Of a DNA stretch of 64,000 bases, positions 53,401 through 64,000 are shown piece after piece. Numbering within the stretch: the stretch's first letter is position 1; the number at the start of each line of letters is the position of its first letter. The notes under the pieces were generated by a model. It searched no databases. It was not told the origin of the DNA and was given only the letters and a program-made list of their open reading frames with translations. The stretch is taken from positions 45,446,001 through 45,510,000 of the forward strand of contig CAIIXF020000001.1 of NCBI GenBank assembly GCA_903813345.2, in the 5' to 3' direction. This DNA is from Owenia fusiformis. Its lineage: Eukaryota. A program made the translations under genes and the position numbers.

Positions 53401-56400
53401 CATTACTCCTTATTTATGTGGCTATTTGGCTAATAATCTTAGATCATGGACGGAACGTAATTGGCACACAGGACCTGGTCTAGTATGGCAAGTGATTTTA
53501 GACAGTCTTTACCATGAATACTTTCTCAATTTAAATAAAAATATTGGCAATCGAACAGGTCGAAAAATTATGAATAGGGACCCCATGTCAACATTTGTTT
53601 TGAAATTGTTGGACCTAGTTACACAAAAGAGGATCTTCATTTTCTGATTTTATTCCATGAAAATATTATTCAACAAGGGGGTCTAAAATTTCTTCAAAAG
53701 TAGAATGGTATTGAAAGTCCAATTTCGAAGATAACGATTTTCGATGACCAAAATTATATTGAAAACAATGGAGAGCTTGAACGTTTCCTTTGGAAAAAAT
53801 AACATTGGAGATGTGACTTTTAACTTCATCGCATTTCAATACCCATTTCCTTTTCAGAAGTAGTGTAGAAGAAACTTTTGGTATATTTGAATTGAGAAAA
53901 ACAAGATCCACTTCTTAGAAAATAAGCATAACATTTTTTTTAAATGTAACAAGGTCGGGTTCTAATCTATAATGTTTAAGAGATATGGATTAGTATTTTT
54001 AATATCACGGAGATTTCACATGAATGAAAACATATTGTTTTATCAAAAACCATTGGATTTAAGGCCAGAAAGTACTCATGGTGATATAAATGACTGTCCA
54101 AAATCAGTCGCCTTAGCATACCTGGTCCTTTTAAGATTTTCCCTGTTGTGGTGTCCATGTGATAAATAAAGTATACCTAATATCAAGTGCGACTTTATTT
54201 TAGTGCCAAACCCGTGTAAGTTTTGGACTTTTGATAGGAAGGTTGGAGAGGAATACATTGACATAAAGCAACAGACATATGGTCAGTCTATACGCGCTGA
54301 GATAGGCATAGGGGTAGACGATGAAGGCAAAGGCCTTCATATGAACCCTAATACTATGATGACAATACCGTTCTTTGCCGGGGCGCATTTGGGTAAAAAG
54401 TTCTCAATTGCAATATGGGTGAAGTCGGATTCGAATAACATTGGCAGTGCTGTGATAAGTAACGGCAACAGATTAAACGATCCAACCGTTCTCTTGATTA
54501 TGGTCGGGAATAGTATAGCAGGAGGTATTGCAACACAGGATGAAGAGTTCATGGATGCACTTGATTTACCACTCACAGTAAGTGCCGCCGTGTTCACACC
54601 ACGATCATGTAATATATTCCCAATTGCTCGTTATTCTACGTTCATCGTTGAATTATAGTGTACGATATGAAAATCCAAAATTAAAAGCCAGCCGATATTT
54701 TCATAATGTTTGAAAGAATTGACAAAAATACTATAAAGTACACTCCCTCAATAATAGTAGCAACCGGATGTCATCTTCTTGACTGCACTGGCGGATCCAG
54801 GAGGGGGGCAGAAAAAAATGTTGAGCCCAAAAAGATTTAGGTCCAAAAGTTTTGTAGTGCCTTTATTAATGGGCAGAATGGGCCTCAAATTTTCAAAATG
54901 TGGGTCCAATTTCGGGGCCCAATTTTTTCTGATTTGAAATAAGCCTCTCCCTTGTTGGCTTCTGGATTTGCCAGTGGACTGCGTGTGATCGAAGGCACAG
55001 ACACCGGAACATACCTGTTCTGTCTGATGCTTGTGTGAAAGTCTGTTCTATTGGCGATTTAAGAAATCCATCTTTGCCGAACAATCGTAATAATGGAACG
55101 AAATAAAGATCCAAAGATTAACATATTAACTTATAGGTGGAGGCGTCAATTTATTGTCTTCTTGTTTTAGAGCATGGGAGGTGATGGATGGCATTTTGTG
55201 GCAATGGTCTACAACGATCCAATTCTTTCCTTCTATATCGATGACCAACCAGCTATCCAATACCGCAATGGTGGTAAGGTGAACTCCAATATTATTCTGG
55301 GTGGGCCAAAAAAGTTCATGTTTTGTAGTTTGCTATGACTATTTTGACAATACATTGATTTCGAAAATGATTTGTTATAAAGCAAGATCAAAAGTGCTCT
55401 AACCATTAATGAACATTAATGAATACCCTCGACATGGGTTGCCACGGTTACCATAGAACGCAGAATATTAAATGTAACGTGTTGAAATTTGTTTTGTGTT
55501 TATGTCTTAATTTTAAATTAACTTTCTGTGAGAAAATGAGCCAGGTTCATTAATGGTTACAACAGTTAGAATGCCTTTGGTCTTACTTTATGACCACCCT
55601 GTAGATGCTGGAATGACTTCTGTAAGTAATTAAATAAATATATTTTCGAGGGTTTATTAGGGTTTTTTCAGTACAGTCAGACTAATATGGAAGCGTACGT
55701 ACTCAAAATATCCGAATGTATTTCTTGACAATTTGTTTTAATGGTCTATGGAACTCAGGTAAGTACGTATACTTAGCTAATCTTTCTGACCAAAAATAAA
55801 CATTTCAGCCATTCATTTTCACTTAGAATTTCGGCCTGCCAGTTCTGTTTTTAATATAACCTTGAAAATGTATTTGTTTTATTTAGGGACCAAATACAGA
55901 AGTGATTCTTAAAGTTTGAATCCACGTGCTTACAATTATAACTTTCTCGTCCAAACACTACTGGAGACATTCTTTTGAAATGGATTGGATAATTCTGATA
56001 CTTGATATTTTGGCCCACATTGTTATTACATTGTATGATTGTTAATTTGCGCCAAAAGAACGCTCGTAATAAATATATTAACACCTTTTAGATTGTCCAG
56101 AACATCAGAGGAGAATTGCACTGTGACATTTGTAATAACAAATAATGGTAGTGGTGCTGTAATATTAGCCATCTTGTTTGAACTTATTTTGATGCTCGAT
56201 TGGTGTTCTCTTTCATGCCTTAAATGAAGACTCACACATCACGCTGTATGTTCTTCTAACCGGGGCCTACATATACAGGGTGGGCCAAAAAAAGCCACTT
56301 TTTTTCAAGACACTACAACTTTTTTATTTTCCAACCTACATACCCCAAATTTTGCAGTTATATAGTGCCAAGCGTTCTTAGTCATAATATAATGTAACAA

Positions 56401-59400
56401 GTCATTCAACTTGAATTATATTTGATCTAAAAGGGGAGTTCAATTGGTCCGCCAGCCTAATTTATGATATATTTTAGTTTTAGTCGCCTTGCTGAAATTG
56501 CAGTGTCAATGAATTGTTAGCTAAGTTTTTTCGACCTGTCTTAATTGCCAGCTTTAGTTGATCAATTTTCTAGATTGGGTGACTTCATACAATCTCCTGG
56601 AGACCTTCCCATACCCTATACTCACTGGGGTTTGCATCAGGGCTATAAGCATTGCGATCATCAGGCCGTATCAGTTCGGGAACATTTAGCAAATTATGCT
56701 TATTTCTCATGGCACACCACATGTTTAAGTGAGACGCTAGTGACATATTTTATTCAAGTAAAAGTGTATAATTTATGATCCATGGCTATATAACAACCCC
56801 AAGTTTCATTTGGTATGCAAATTATGATTTAATATCAAAAATTAAAAAAGTTATAGCATTTTGAAAAAAAAAGTGGCGTTTTTTTGGCCCACCCTGTATA
56901 TATATAATAATTATGATGATAGAAAGGTCATATTCACTGACAATACGTTGTTTCTCCAGGACCAATCTTGTCCAACTACTGTCAACTGAATATTGGAGGT
57001 GTTTTGTTCCCAGAGCTCAACGTGGATAACGTAAGTTTAATATTGATGAGCCATCATGTTTCATCCATTCACGGGAGACACTAGTATACAAGAAGAGTCT
57101 TTGTACAGTGTGTGCACCCTCAATCGGACAGAAAGGTACCCCTAGTTTAAATCAGTGCACCAACGTTCAACGAGCTTTTCTTCGTACTAAGAAACTGAAT
57201 TTCTCAGTAGGGATGACAAAATGTTGCTTCATACCATGCTTTAAATGTCATCAATATTAGGTGAGTCATTACAAAAGGTAGGAACGCGTATCTTTATCAA
57301 AATTATTTTCAAAATTTCTCAATAAGATGTTTGAAATGAGAAAATTTCCTAATTCCTGGAAACTAGGGAATATTATCCCATGCCATAAAAAAGTGACAAA
57401 AACCTTGTTTCTAATTACCGTCCAATAACTTTATTAGCTGCCTTTCAAAGGTAGCTGAGAGAGTTATTTTTAAAGGGATGTTTGGCCATTTGCTAACAAA
57501 CAATCTTCTATTTAATTTTCAAAGTGGATTTCTCCCAGGTCACAGTACACAACACCAACTACTAAGTATTCTTGATTTTTTAACTTCTAATATGGATAAT
57601 GGTAATGATGTTCGTGCAGTCTTTCTTGATATATCGGCCGCCTTCGATACTTTACCCCATAAGCTATTATTTAAGAAGCTACATGCATACGGTTTTGGTC
57701 CAAATATAATGCTACTTATTGAATCTTATCTTACCAATCGAAAAGTAAGAGTGCTTATTGACGGACATGAATCTCCATGGTCAGCCAGCGACTATATCAA
57801 TTCGGGGGTTCCCCAGGGGTCCATCTTAGGACCATTGCTATTTTTAGTTTACATAAACGATTTACCTGATGATATTTTAAGCAAGTGTTTTCTGTATGCA
57901 GATGACACTTTTCTTTATCAGCCCTTCAGCCATGATAATATGCCTGAATGTATAAACACCCTCCAATCTGATCTAAATTCTATAAACAATTGGTCTGATA
58001 AATGGCAATTAAAATTCAAACCCTCTAAAAGTGATGATTTGACATTAAGTAGCCCAAAAAAGAATGAAATAATAACCCCTGACCCAAAATTGGGAACTGA
58101 ATCCATACCTAGGTGTGTTTCACATAAACACCTTGGCTTTATCTTTGACTCTAAATTATTTTTCAATTTCCACATTACCCATCTTGCAAAGAAAATTGAT
58201 AAGCTTTTAAATCCACTTAAAGCATTAAGTAGAAAACTTAGTGGAAACCATTTAAATCTTATGTTCAAATCTTTTATCTTACCACATTTTGATTTCTGCG
58301 ACATCCTCTATGGATGTGCAGATATTTCCAAATTAAAACGTATTGACCAACTCTACTACAAGGCAGCTCTGATTTGTAGTGGAACTATATATGGGTCATC
58401 TTCTGAAAAGGTGCTCAGTATTCTAAATTGGCCTAAACTAGAGACGGGGAGGCAGTTTCATCGACTAACCCTCATGTTCAATGTCCAAAATCAGAAAGTT
58501 CCTTCATATGTTCAAAACATATTTGATAAATATAAGAGACAACAACCTCCTCTCTATTTGAGAAATCCAACTGAATTTGTCTTGCCCGCTAAAAGATCTG
58601 TGATATTAAAGAAAACATGCATTTTTACAGCTATCTCAGAATGGAACAAACTACCCCAACAACTCCAAGTGATAGACAACTTAAGTACTTTCAAATCTAA
58701 ATTTACACTTCTCATTTATCCAGAACTTATCATATCATCTACCTCATTGCATTTACCTAGACCAGAGAAAATCAGTCTTAATAGGACTAGAGTCGACTTG
58801 ATTTTTCAATCTCATTTTCATGCCCACAACTTTACTCTAGCTGATACACCAAAATGTAAGTGTGGATTCAAAAGTGAAACATCCAAGCATGTCATCTTTA
58901 ACTGCAGACTCCGTAGGACCCTCCTAACTGACTTCGAAATTAAACTAAATAACCTTGAAATCCAATATAAAAAGAATTTTAAGACCCAACAAGAGAAATT
59001 GAATTTCTTTCTTTTTGGCAGCTCAAAATTTAACTACGCTACAAACATAACTGTTCTTGAAACTAGTGCCTCTTTTCTCCAGAAGTGTGTAAGTGTCTGA
59101 GTGTTAACAGCAATTATCAAACCTTCTATGCTTAATTTACTCACCAATTTGATTCACCAAATGGATTGTTTGTTTTTTTTAAAATAAATTTTGTTAATTA
59201 ACCCTGCGACTTATAATGATAAACAAAGTCGCCTTTTTGGAAATTTTCTTTTAACATATATTATTGTATTAAATAAAACATGATAAATAAATAAAAAAAG
59301 TCGCGCAGTTAAGATATGATATCAACCTGATGCCCGTTCATTCTCTTATTTGACCATCCCTTCTATGTCGCCCAAAATTGGGGAAATTAGGAAATAAGAC

Positions 59401-60350
59401 TCCACTCGAAGCAAAGGAGTACATCATGACCACGTTTATCTCTGCCTGGGATAAGAAACGCGATCGATGAACTTATGATTTCAAAGATTTTTGCAATTTA
59501 GACTTATGTTGAAACTGACAAAATAAGTGATGATCCTGATGTGATTGAACAGTCACAGCGACATAACGGAGATTGTCTGTATTGCAAATTGATCGTCTAC
59601 TAGTATCTTCCCATCCTGGCTTTTAGTTAGTTCTAGAACGACAATTTCGTGATATCTTTTAAGTATCAATTGTGTGATACTTATCATAGATTCAGAGCTA
59701 AAAAGTAAAAAGTAGTGATATCTATTAATAGCCTATTATGTTATATATACCATTGTTGTCATACTTTTTGCCGTATTTTAAAAAATTTATTTACCTTTTA
59801 AGGGAGTAATTGTATATGTACAAGTATTGTATATTGTATATACAATTACTCCATCTCGATATCTCAATATCGTAGGTATTTACCTTTTAACGTGTTGTAA
59901 AGGTTGTGGTATCTTTTTTGTTATGGAATAATTGCATGTAATACCATCATTATTAGAGTTTTGACTTGTTATACTTTTTCTTATTGTTTGAGAGAAGATC
60001 CAACTCCAAAATTAATGACTAACAAATGATAAGATATTAGAGACATTATTTAACACGTTTTTGTCCACGGGGACATCACAATTATTTTCTACACACCTTC
60101 CTCCTCAATCGGATAAATAAAGACCATTGCGCTGAAACTAGTCCACAATTTTACACTTTTAACGTTCACGTTCTTCAAAACGATGCTTACTTTAATCTAT
60201 ATAAGCTATATTTTACTTCTGACTTAATCAGATAACAATTTTATTTTACAGCTTGGGATATGTGACTTTGATTGGACAGAAGCGCAGGTTGCGGAGTTCC
60301 AGAGCACCAAGAATATCCCTACAGATCAACAGTTCACAGTCCGTGGTTAA
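50494..60350 (+). CDS. Secreted chitin-binding-like + LamG/ConA-like protein, paralog C, about 390 aa
   Basis: Exons 50494-50578, 50830-50886, 51383-51568 (alternative donor 51571, same phase), 51854-51907, 52871-53014, 54204-54577, 55171-55273, 56960-57030, 60252-60350. They join in phase and are homologous to paralogs A and B throughout. Confidence 0.87.
52050..52806. mobile_element. Old MITE
   Basis: Inverted pair TTCTGGGCTACCAAAGT (about 52060) / ACTTGGGTAGCCCAGAA (about 52780-52795). Confidence 0.5.
54786..54976. mobile_element. GC-rich-ended MITE with a 5-bp direct repeat
   Basis: TIR CACTGGCGGATCCAG / CTGGATTTGCCAGTG, flanked by GACTG on both sides. Confidence 0.65.
56276..56896. mobile_element. 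Tc1/mariner-type MITE (CAGGGTGGGCC family), copy 2
   Basis: TA-flanked with perfect CAGGGTGGGCCAAAAA termini. It is an inverted copy of 17020-17612. Confidence 0.88.
57290..59299 (+). mobile_element. 5'-truncated non-LTR retrotransposon (CR1/L2-group-like LINE) in the last intron of paralog C
   Basis: RT-homologous sequence begins at about 57290 (FPNSWKLGNIIP..NYRPITLL, with two frameshifts). A long ORF follows, then a 3' UTR and an (AATA)n/A-rich tail ending at about 59299. No endonuclease domain or TSD was recognised. Confidence 0.9.
57478..59100 (+). CDS. LINE reverse transcriptase ORF2 fragment (540 aa)
   Basis: Motifs FQSGF..GHST, FLDISAAFD, SGVPQGSILGPLLFLVYIND, YADD and HKHLG, plus a C-terminal CKCG..ET..H...C zinc motif. 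The upstream part is frameshifted, so it is probably non-functional. Confidence 0.85.
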   Translation: MFGHLLTNNLLFNFQSGFLPGHSTQHQLLSILDFLTSNMDNGNDVRAVFLDISAAFDTLPHKLLFKKLHAYGFGPNIMLLIESYLTNRKVRVLIDGHESPWSASDYINSGVPQGSILGPLLFLVYINDLPDDILSKCFLYADDTFLYQPFSHDNMPECINTLQSDLNSINNWSDKWQLKFKPSKSDDLTLSSPKKNEIITPDPKLGTESIPRCVSHKHLGFIFDSKLFFNFHITHLAKKIDKLLNPLKALSRKLSGNHLNLMFKSFILPHFDFCDILYGCADISKLKRIDQLYYKAALICSGTIYGSSSEKVLSILNWPKLETGRQFHRLTLMFNVQNQKVPSYVQNIFDKYKRQQPPLYLRNPTEFVLPAKRSVILKKTCIFTAISEWNKLPQQLQVIDNLSTFKSKFTLLIYPELIISSTSLHLPRPEKISLNRTRVDLIFQSHFHAHNFTLADTPKCKCGFKSETSKHVIFNCRLRRTLLTDFEIKLNNLEIQYKKNFKTQQEKLNFFLFGSSKFNYATNITVLETSASFLQKCVSV

Positions 60351-61347
60351 AACAGGCCATGGCACAACTATTGACACATTGCCTGTAGAGAGGAATAAAT
60401 TCGAGGAAATTGATATTAAACTCATGAAATATTCAGTGTGCTGTGACGTTTGTATTTTGAAGTAATCAGCTTTGATTGGTATATTGGTTTAAATTGGATC
60501 CTTAATCTAATATCAAATAATTCACGCGTCCAAGCAGAATCCTCTTCACCAACGAATAAATCTGGAATACAATATTTTGGTATCACACGATCATTAATTA
60601 ATACAAGTTGAGGAGCTACTGAAAACACTTCTTCGAACCGTTTTATTGCTTGGTTAAATCAAGCGAAGTATCGACATGGAGAAGTTAAACTCCGCAGTAT
60701 TAATTGGTCAATAACAACCAGCAGTGAACATTTTCACCCGACAAACAATACTCTGGGTATAAAACATTTTATTTTGTTCATATTCCAAAACAATATCTTC
60801 TAACGTGTTAGTTAGTTTCGATATCCTAACAACATATTTGAGTTGAGTTTAATTAATGTGCCATTTATTGTTGAAACTATCAGTCAAATGTGTGGTTAAT
60901 GATTTGGACGCATTATTTGATGACCTTCGATACGATGCTCAAAATGGTTGATTCAGATATGACCGTTCTCTAATGAAATCTCTCAACCAATCAGAACGCA
61001 GTATAGCCGTGCATTAATTCTTCAATCTCCTTACATAACACGAACGACCGTGATCTATGTATTGTGTTGTACTGCGTGTCACAGCAAGTTTGGTTATTTC
61101 ATGGACCTCATTCATTTTTCAAAAAAGGTTGTTGGTATAAAAAAAAAGTTGAATTTCTCGCTATTATGACAGTGATGGTCTCATTAGACAAATACAACAA
61201 AATACACTGTATGATATATCAAGTAAAAGTCATTTAATTTCATTTTATGCCTTTTTCAAGCTGATGGATATGTTTGCTCGTGACTGAATCGCTTTTCAGA
61301 TGTACGGGTTTCTATTTACAACATTATTTGATTAATAAGGTTATTAA

Positions 61348-61998
61348 CCCTAGAAGCCCTAAGGGGGGGGGGTCAATATGACCCCCCCCCCACTGTTAAG
61401 TTTTTTCCCCATAACTTTTTATTGGCATCGGGTAGGATCTTCAAATTTTCAGTAGCTAGTGCTACAGATATAACACATGTTTTCTGAAAAATTCAGCAAA
61501 ATTGCACATATGGTAATTGTTTAATTATGATGTAATCATCAGCTCCAATAGACAAAATCGGAAAAAGTTAGCACTATTTCTACAATACTGTTGCCTTTAG
61601 AATAACATTACGCAATCTTACATCATCGAAGTTGTTAATGTTATAACACCAAGTTGTAGAGAATTCAATTAAGTATATTTTGGGAAAGTTTGAACATCCT
61701 AGCTCTACTAGTTTGTTATTAATTTATTATGATGTAATCATCAGCTCCAATTAACAAAATCGGAAAAAAGCTAGCACTAATTCTACCATACGTGTTGTCT
61801 TTAGAATAAAATTACGCAATCTTACACCATCGTAGTTGTTAAAGTTATTATACCAAATTGTAGAGAATTGAATGAAGTATCTGTTGGGAAAGTTTGAACA
61901 TCCTAGCTCTACTTATAAAAAATTTACAAGGGGTGCCCTTTTGACCCCCCCCCCCTTAGGTATTTGTGTAACTTTTTTTTACCTTAGGGCTTCTAGGG
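61348..61998. mobile_element. piggyBac-like MITE
   Basis: TTAA-CCCTAGAAGCCCTAAGG...CCTTAGGGCTTCTAGGG-TTAA, with an internal tandem duplication of about 200 bp (about 61520-61910). Confidence 0.88.
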
Positions 61999-63406
61999 TT
62001 AAGAGTTCTTTAAGTCATTACCTTATTCCGCCACAATGACAATTGTGACCAAAACAAGGCAGTAATTGACAATTTGTATCGTAATCTGATTTCAAGGATA
62101 TGGCTCGAAGTATTTTTCCAGGAGATATTTAAGACAGTGGAATGCGGTTGATATAACTAATTAATTTAATGTGATATCACGCATGTCCTCAACAATAAAA
62201 ACAAATCGCAAAGGATCTTTTTAGCATCGGGTTAACCAATACAATATTTAAATAAAACCATAAAGATTTTCGTCTTAGATCAACACTACAATGGTGTCAA
62301 TTCAATTAATGCATCTGTATAAGAGGAGGTCGACAACATGCTTGTACTTTCTCCAATCTCTTTTGATTATATCAACTGCAACAACATCATCGCGATGACA
62401 AGTCCATTGCTGTGGGTGTACACTGTCGAAACTTGCAGTTATCTATTTCTTTAGAATTGTCTTATTTCAAATTCCAAACGGACGGTTTGTCTTTCAACAA
62501 AGTTTCAGGACGGAAAATCCAAAATGACCAACAATAAAAAGCAGATTTACTGATTTTTTACAAAATTATGTCTCAGTAAATTTATTGTTAACAGTGGGTT
62601 TTTACAATGCAGAACTCCTGAACTTATTTTAGATGTTACTGATTAGCTTCCTTATAAAAACTCAAAAGTATAATGTTAATAAAGTGAACATGGCCGACAG
62701 GAAGTAGTTATCAAGTGCCTAAGAGTTGTCCATGAAAATTGAAGGTAAAGCAAGGCAGACAGGCAAGCAGTGAATATCAGAGCGGGAGATACACAACGGG
62801 ACCGGAGATATACGAAATTTGGATACAGGGTTTATCCGAAGGGGGTGGGGGTGCGATGGGTGCGCACCCATCGCACCCCCTTTGACACCCCCCCCCCCCA
62901 AAAAAAAAATTGACCCCCTCCAAAAAAAAAATTGACTCATACACTTTGAAAGCCACTGCATATGTAGAATCAATGAATTCACCTGTGTTAATACATCGCT
63001 GGCCGAATCGCTGATTTTAAATGCCCATCATTCACGTTTTTCGTTTGACAGTGAGCTTACGGATTAATGGGGCTCCCAGGCCTGTTGGAAAAACTGTTTT
63101 CAGATTTAAATACGATAGCTCTCTTCAGTTATCGTGTTTCATTTACCTTTCTGACTCAAGCAGCAGACAATATTAATTGGTACTTGTTTATGAAAAATCA
63201 GCTTTGAAAGCAGGAAGAAAGTTCTTCTTTATTGTTGTGTCTTCGGCGGAAACGTTTAATCGATTTAAAAAATCATTCGGTAAGAATTTTGACGACTGAA
63301 CATATTTCCTTCCGTCGATAATCCGACAATTCACTTGGAATTACAATTGCCATCAATATTGGAATTAATAATTGCATCGATAATAGTACAATAACGTCAT
63401 TTCGAA

Positions 63407-63473
63407 GGGCAATATAGTGAAATATTGGACCGAGGGCCAAATGCTCAAGGTCCAATAGTTCACTATATTGCCC
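63407..63473. repeat. 25-bp-stem hairpin, likely part of a further double-hairpin element
   Basis: GGGCAATATAGTGAAATATTGGACC ... GGTCCAATAGTTCACTATATTGCCC, with one mismatch. Confidence 0.6.
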
Positions 63474-64000
63474 GCAGTTATTAGTTCATGACCAGGACTG
63501 AAACAGCAAGAAAATCTTACGCACTGAACGATAGATAATTTCCCGGGGAAAATTGCCGGTCGTTAAATGCATTTTCGACCGGTCTGGAATGCTATATTGA
63601 CCGCCACTATGACGTCACATATTGCTCAGGTCGATATAGTAAAATGAATGCCTTCTAAACCACGGTGTAAACTAGCACTAAAACCCCTAGAACTCGCCCG
63701 GCAAGGTGGTAATAATTGAAACTTGACAAATGAGCATATTATACAAGATGAAGATATTACTCGTATATACCATGTTTCATCTGAAATTATACTTGTTAGT
63801 TAAGTAATATTACGTCGGATTCCCTTTTGTTTATAATTACCAAGTGTAATTGCCTCTTGTTGGCTCTTGTAATTGTTAACAGAGTAACAGGTACAATAAA
63901 GGTACAAGGTACGAGTACAGATATTATCACAAACTGACAACTCAAATCCCCGGGAAAATAATTACGTGTCCATCAATTTATTTTCGTTTAGTACCAAGCT

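Noticed and set aside
62719..62982. Gly-rich minus-strand ORF
   Set aside because: It arises from poly-C and poly-A runs in a GC-rich MITE-like end.

Overview
This is AT-rich, intron-containing animal genomic DNA, most consistent with a marine invertebrate and probably a lophotrochozoan (inferred from gene families and repeat types). Genes were reconstructed by hand from GT-AG splice sites and frame continuity. (1) The 5' part of a dual oxidase gene (Duox, minus strand) has 11 coding exons covering the signal peptide and peroxidase-homology domain, and runs off the left edge. (2) A class A peptide-receptor-like GPCR, with its whole CDS in one exon, is nested antisense in a Duox intron. (3) The Duox maturation factor DuoxA (plus strand, 8 coding exons) lies head-to-head with Duox and has a long phospho-motif-rich tail. 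(4) A single-pass TPM/MOLO-1-like membrane protein lies on the minus strand. (5) Three tandem paralogous secreted proteins each carry two Cys-rich chitin-binding-like modules plus a LamG/ConA-like domain (Pif/LamG3-like); the third copy has a different intron layout. Introns and intergenic DNA hold a 5'-truncated LINE, LINE remnants, Tc1/mariner-derived MITEs, piggyBac-like and Academ-like MITEs, and TSD-less double-hairpin elements. One near-identical inverted pair of these hairpin elements brackets the Duox peroxidase-domain exons. No rRNA, bona fide tRNA or CRISPR array was seen. No database search could be run, so all family calls rest on motif recognition.
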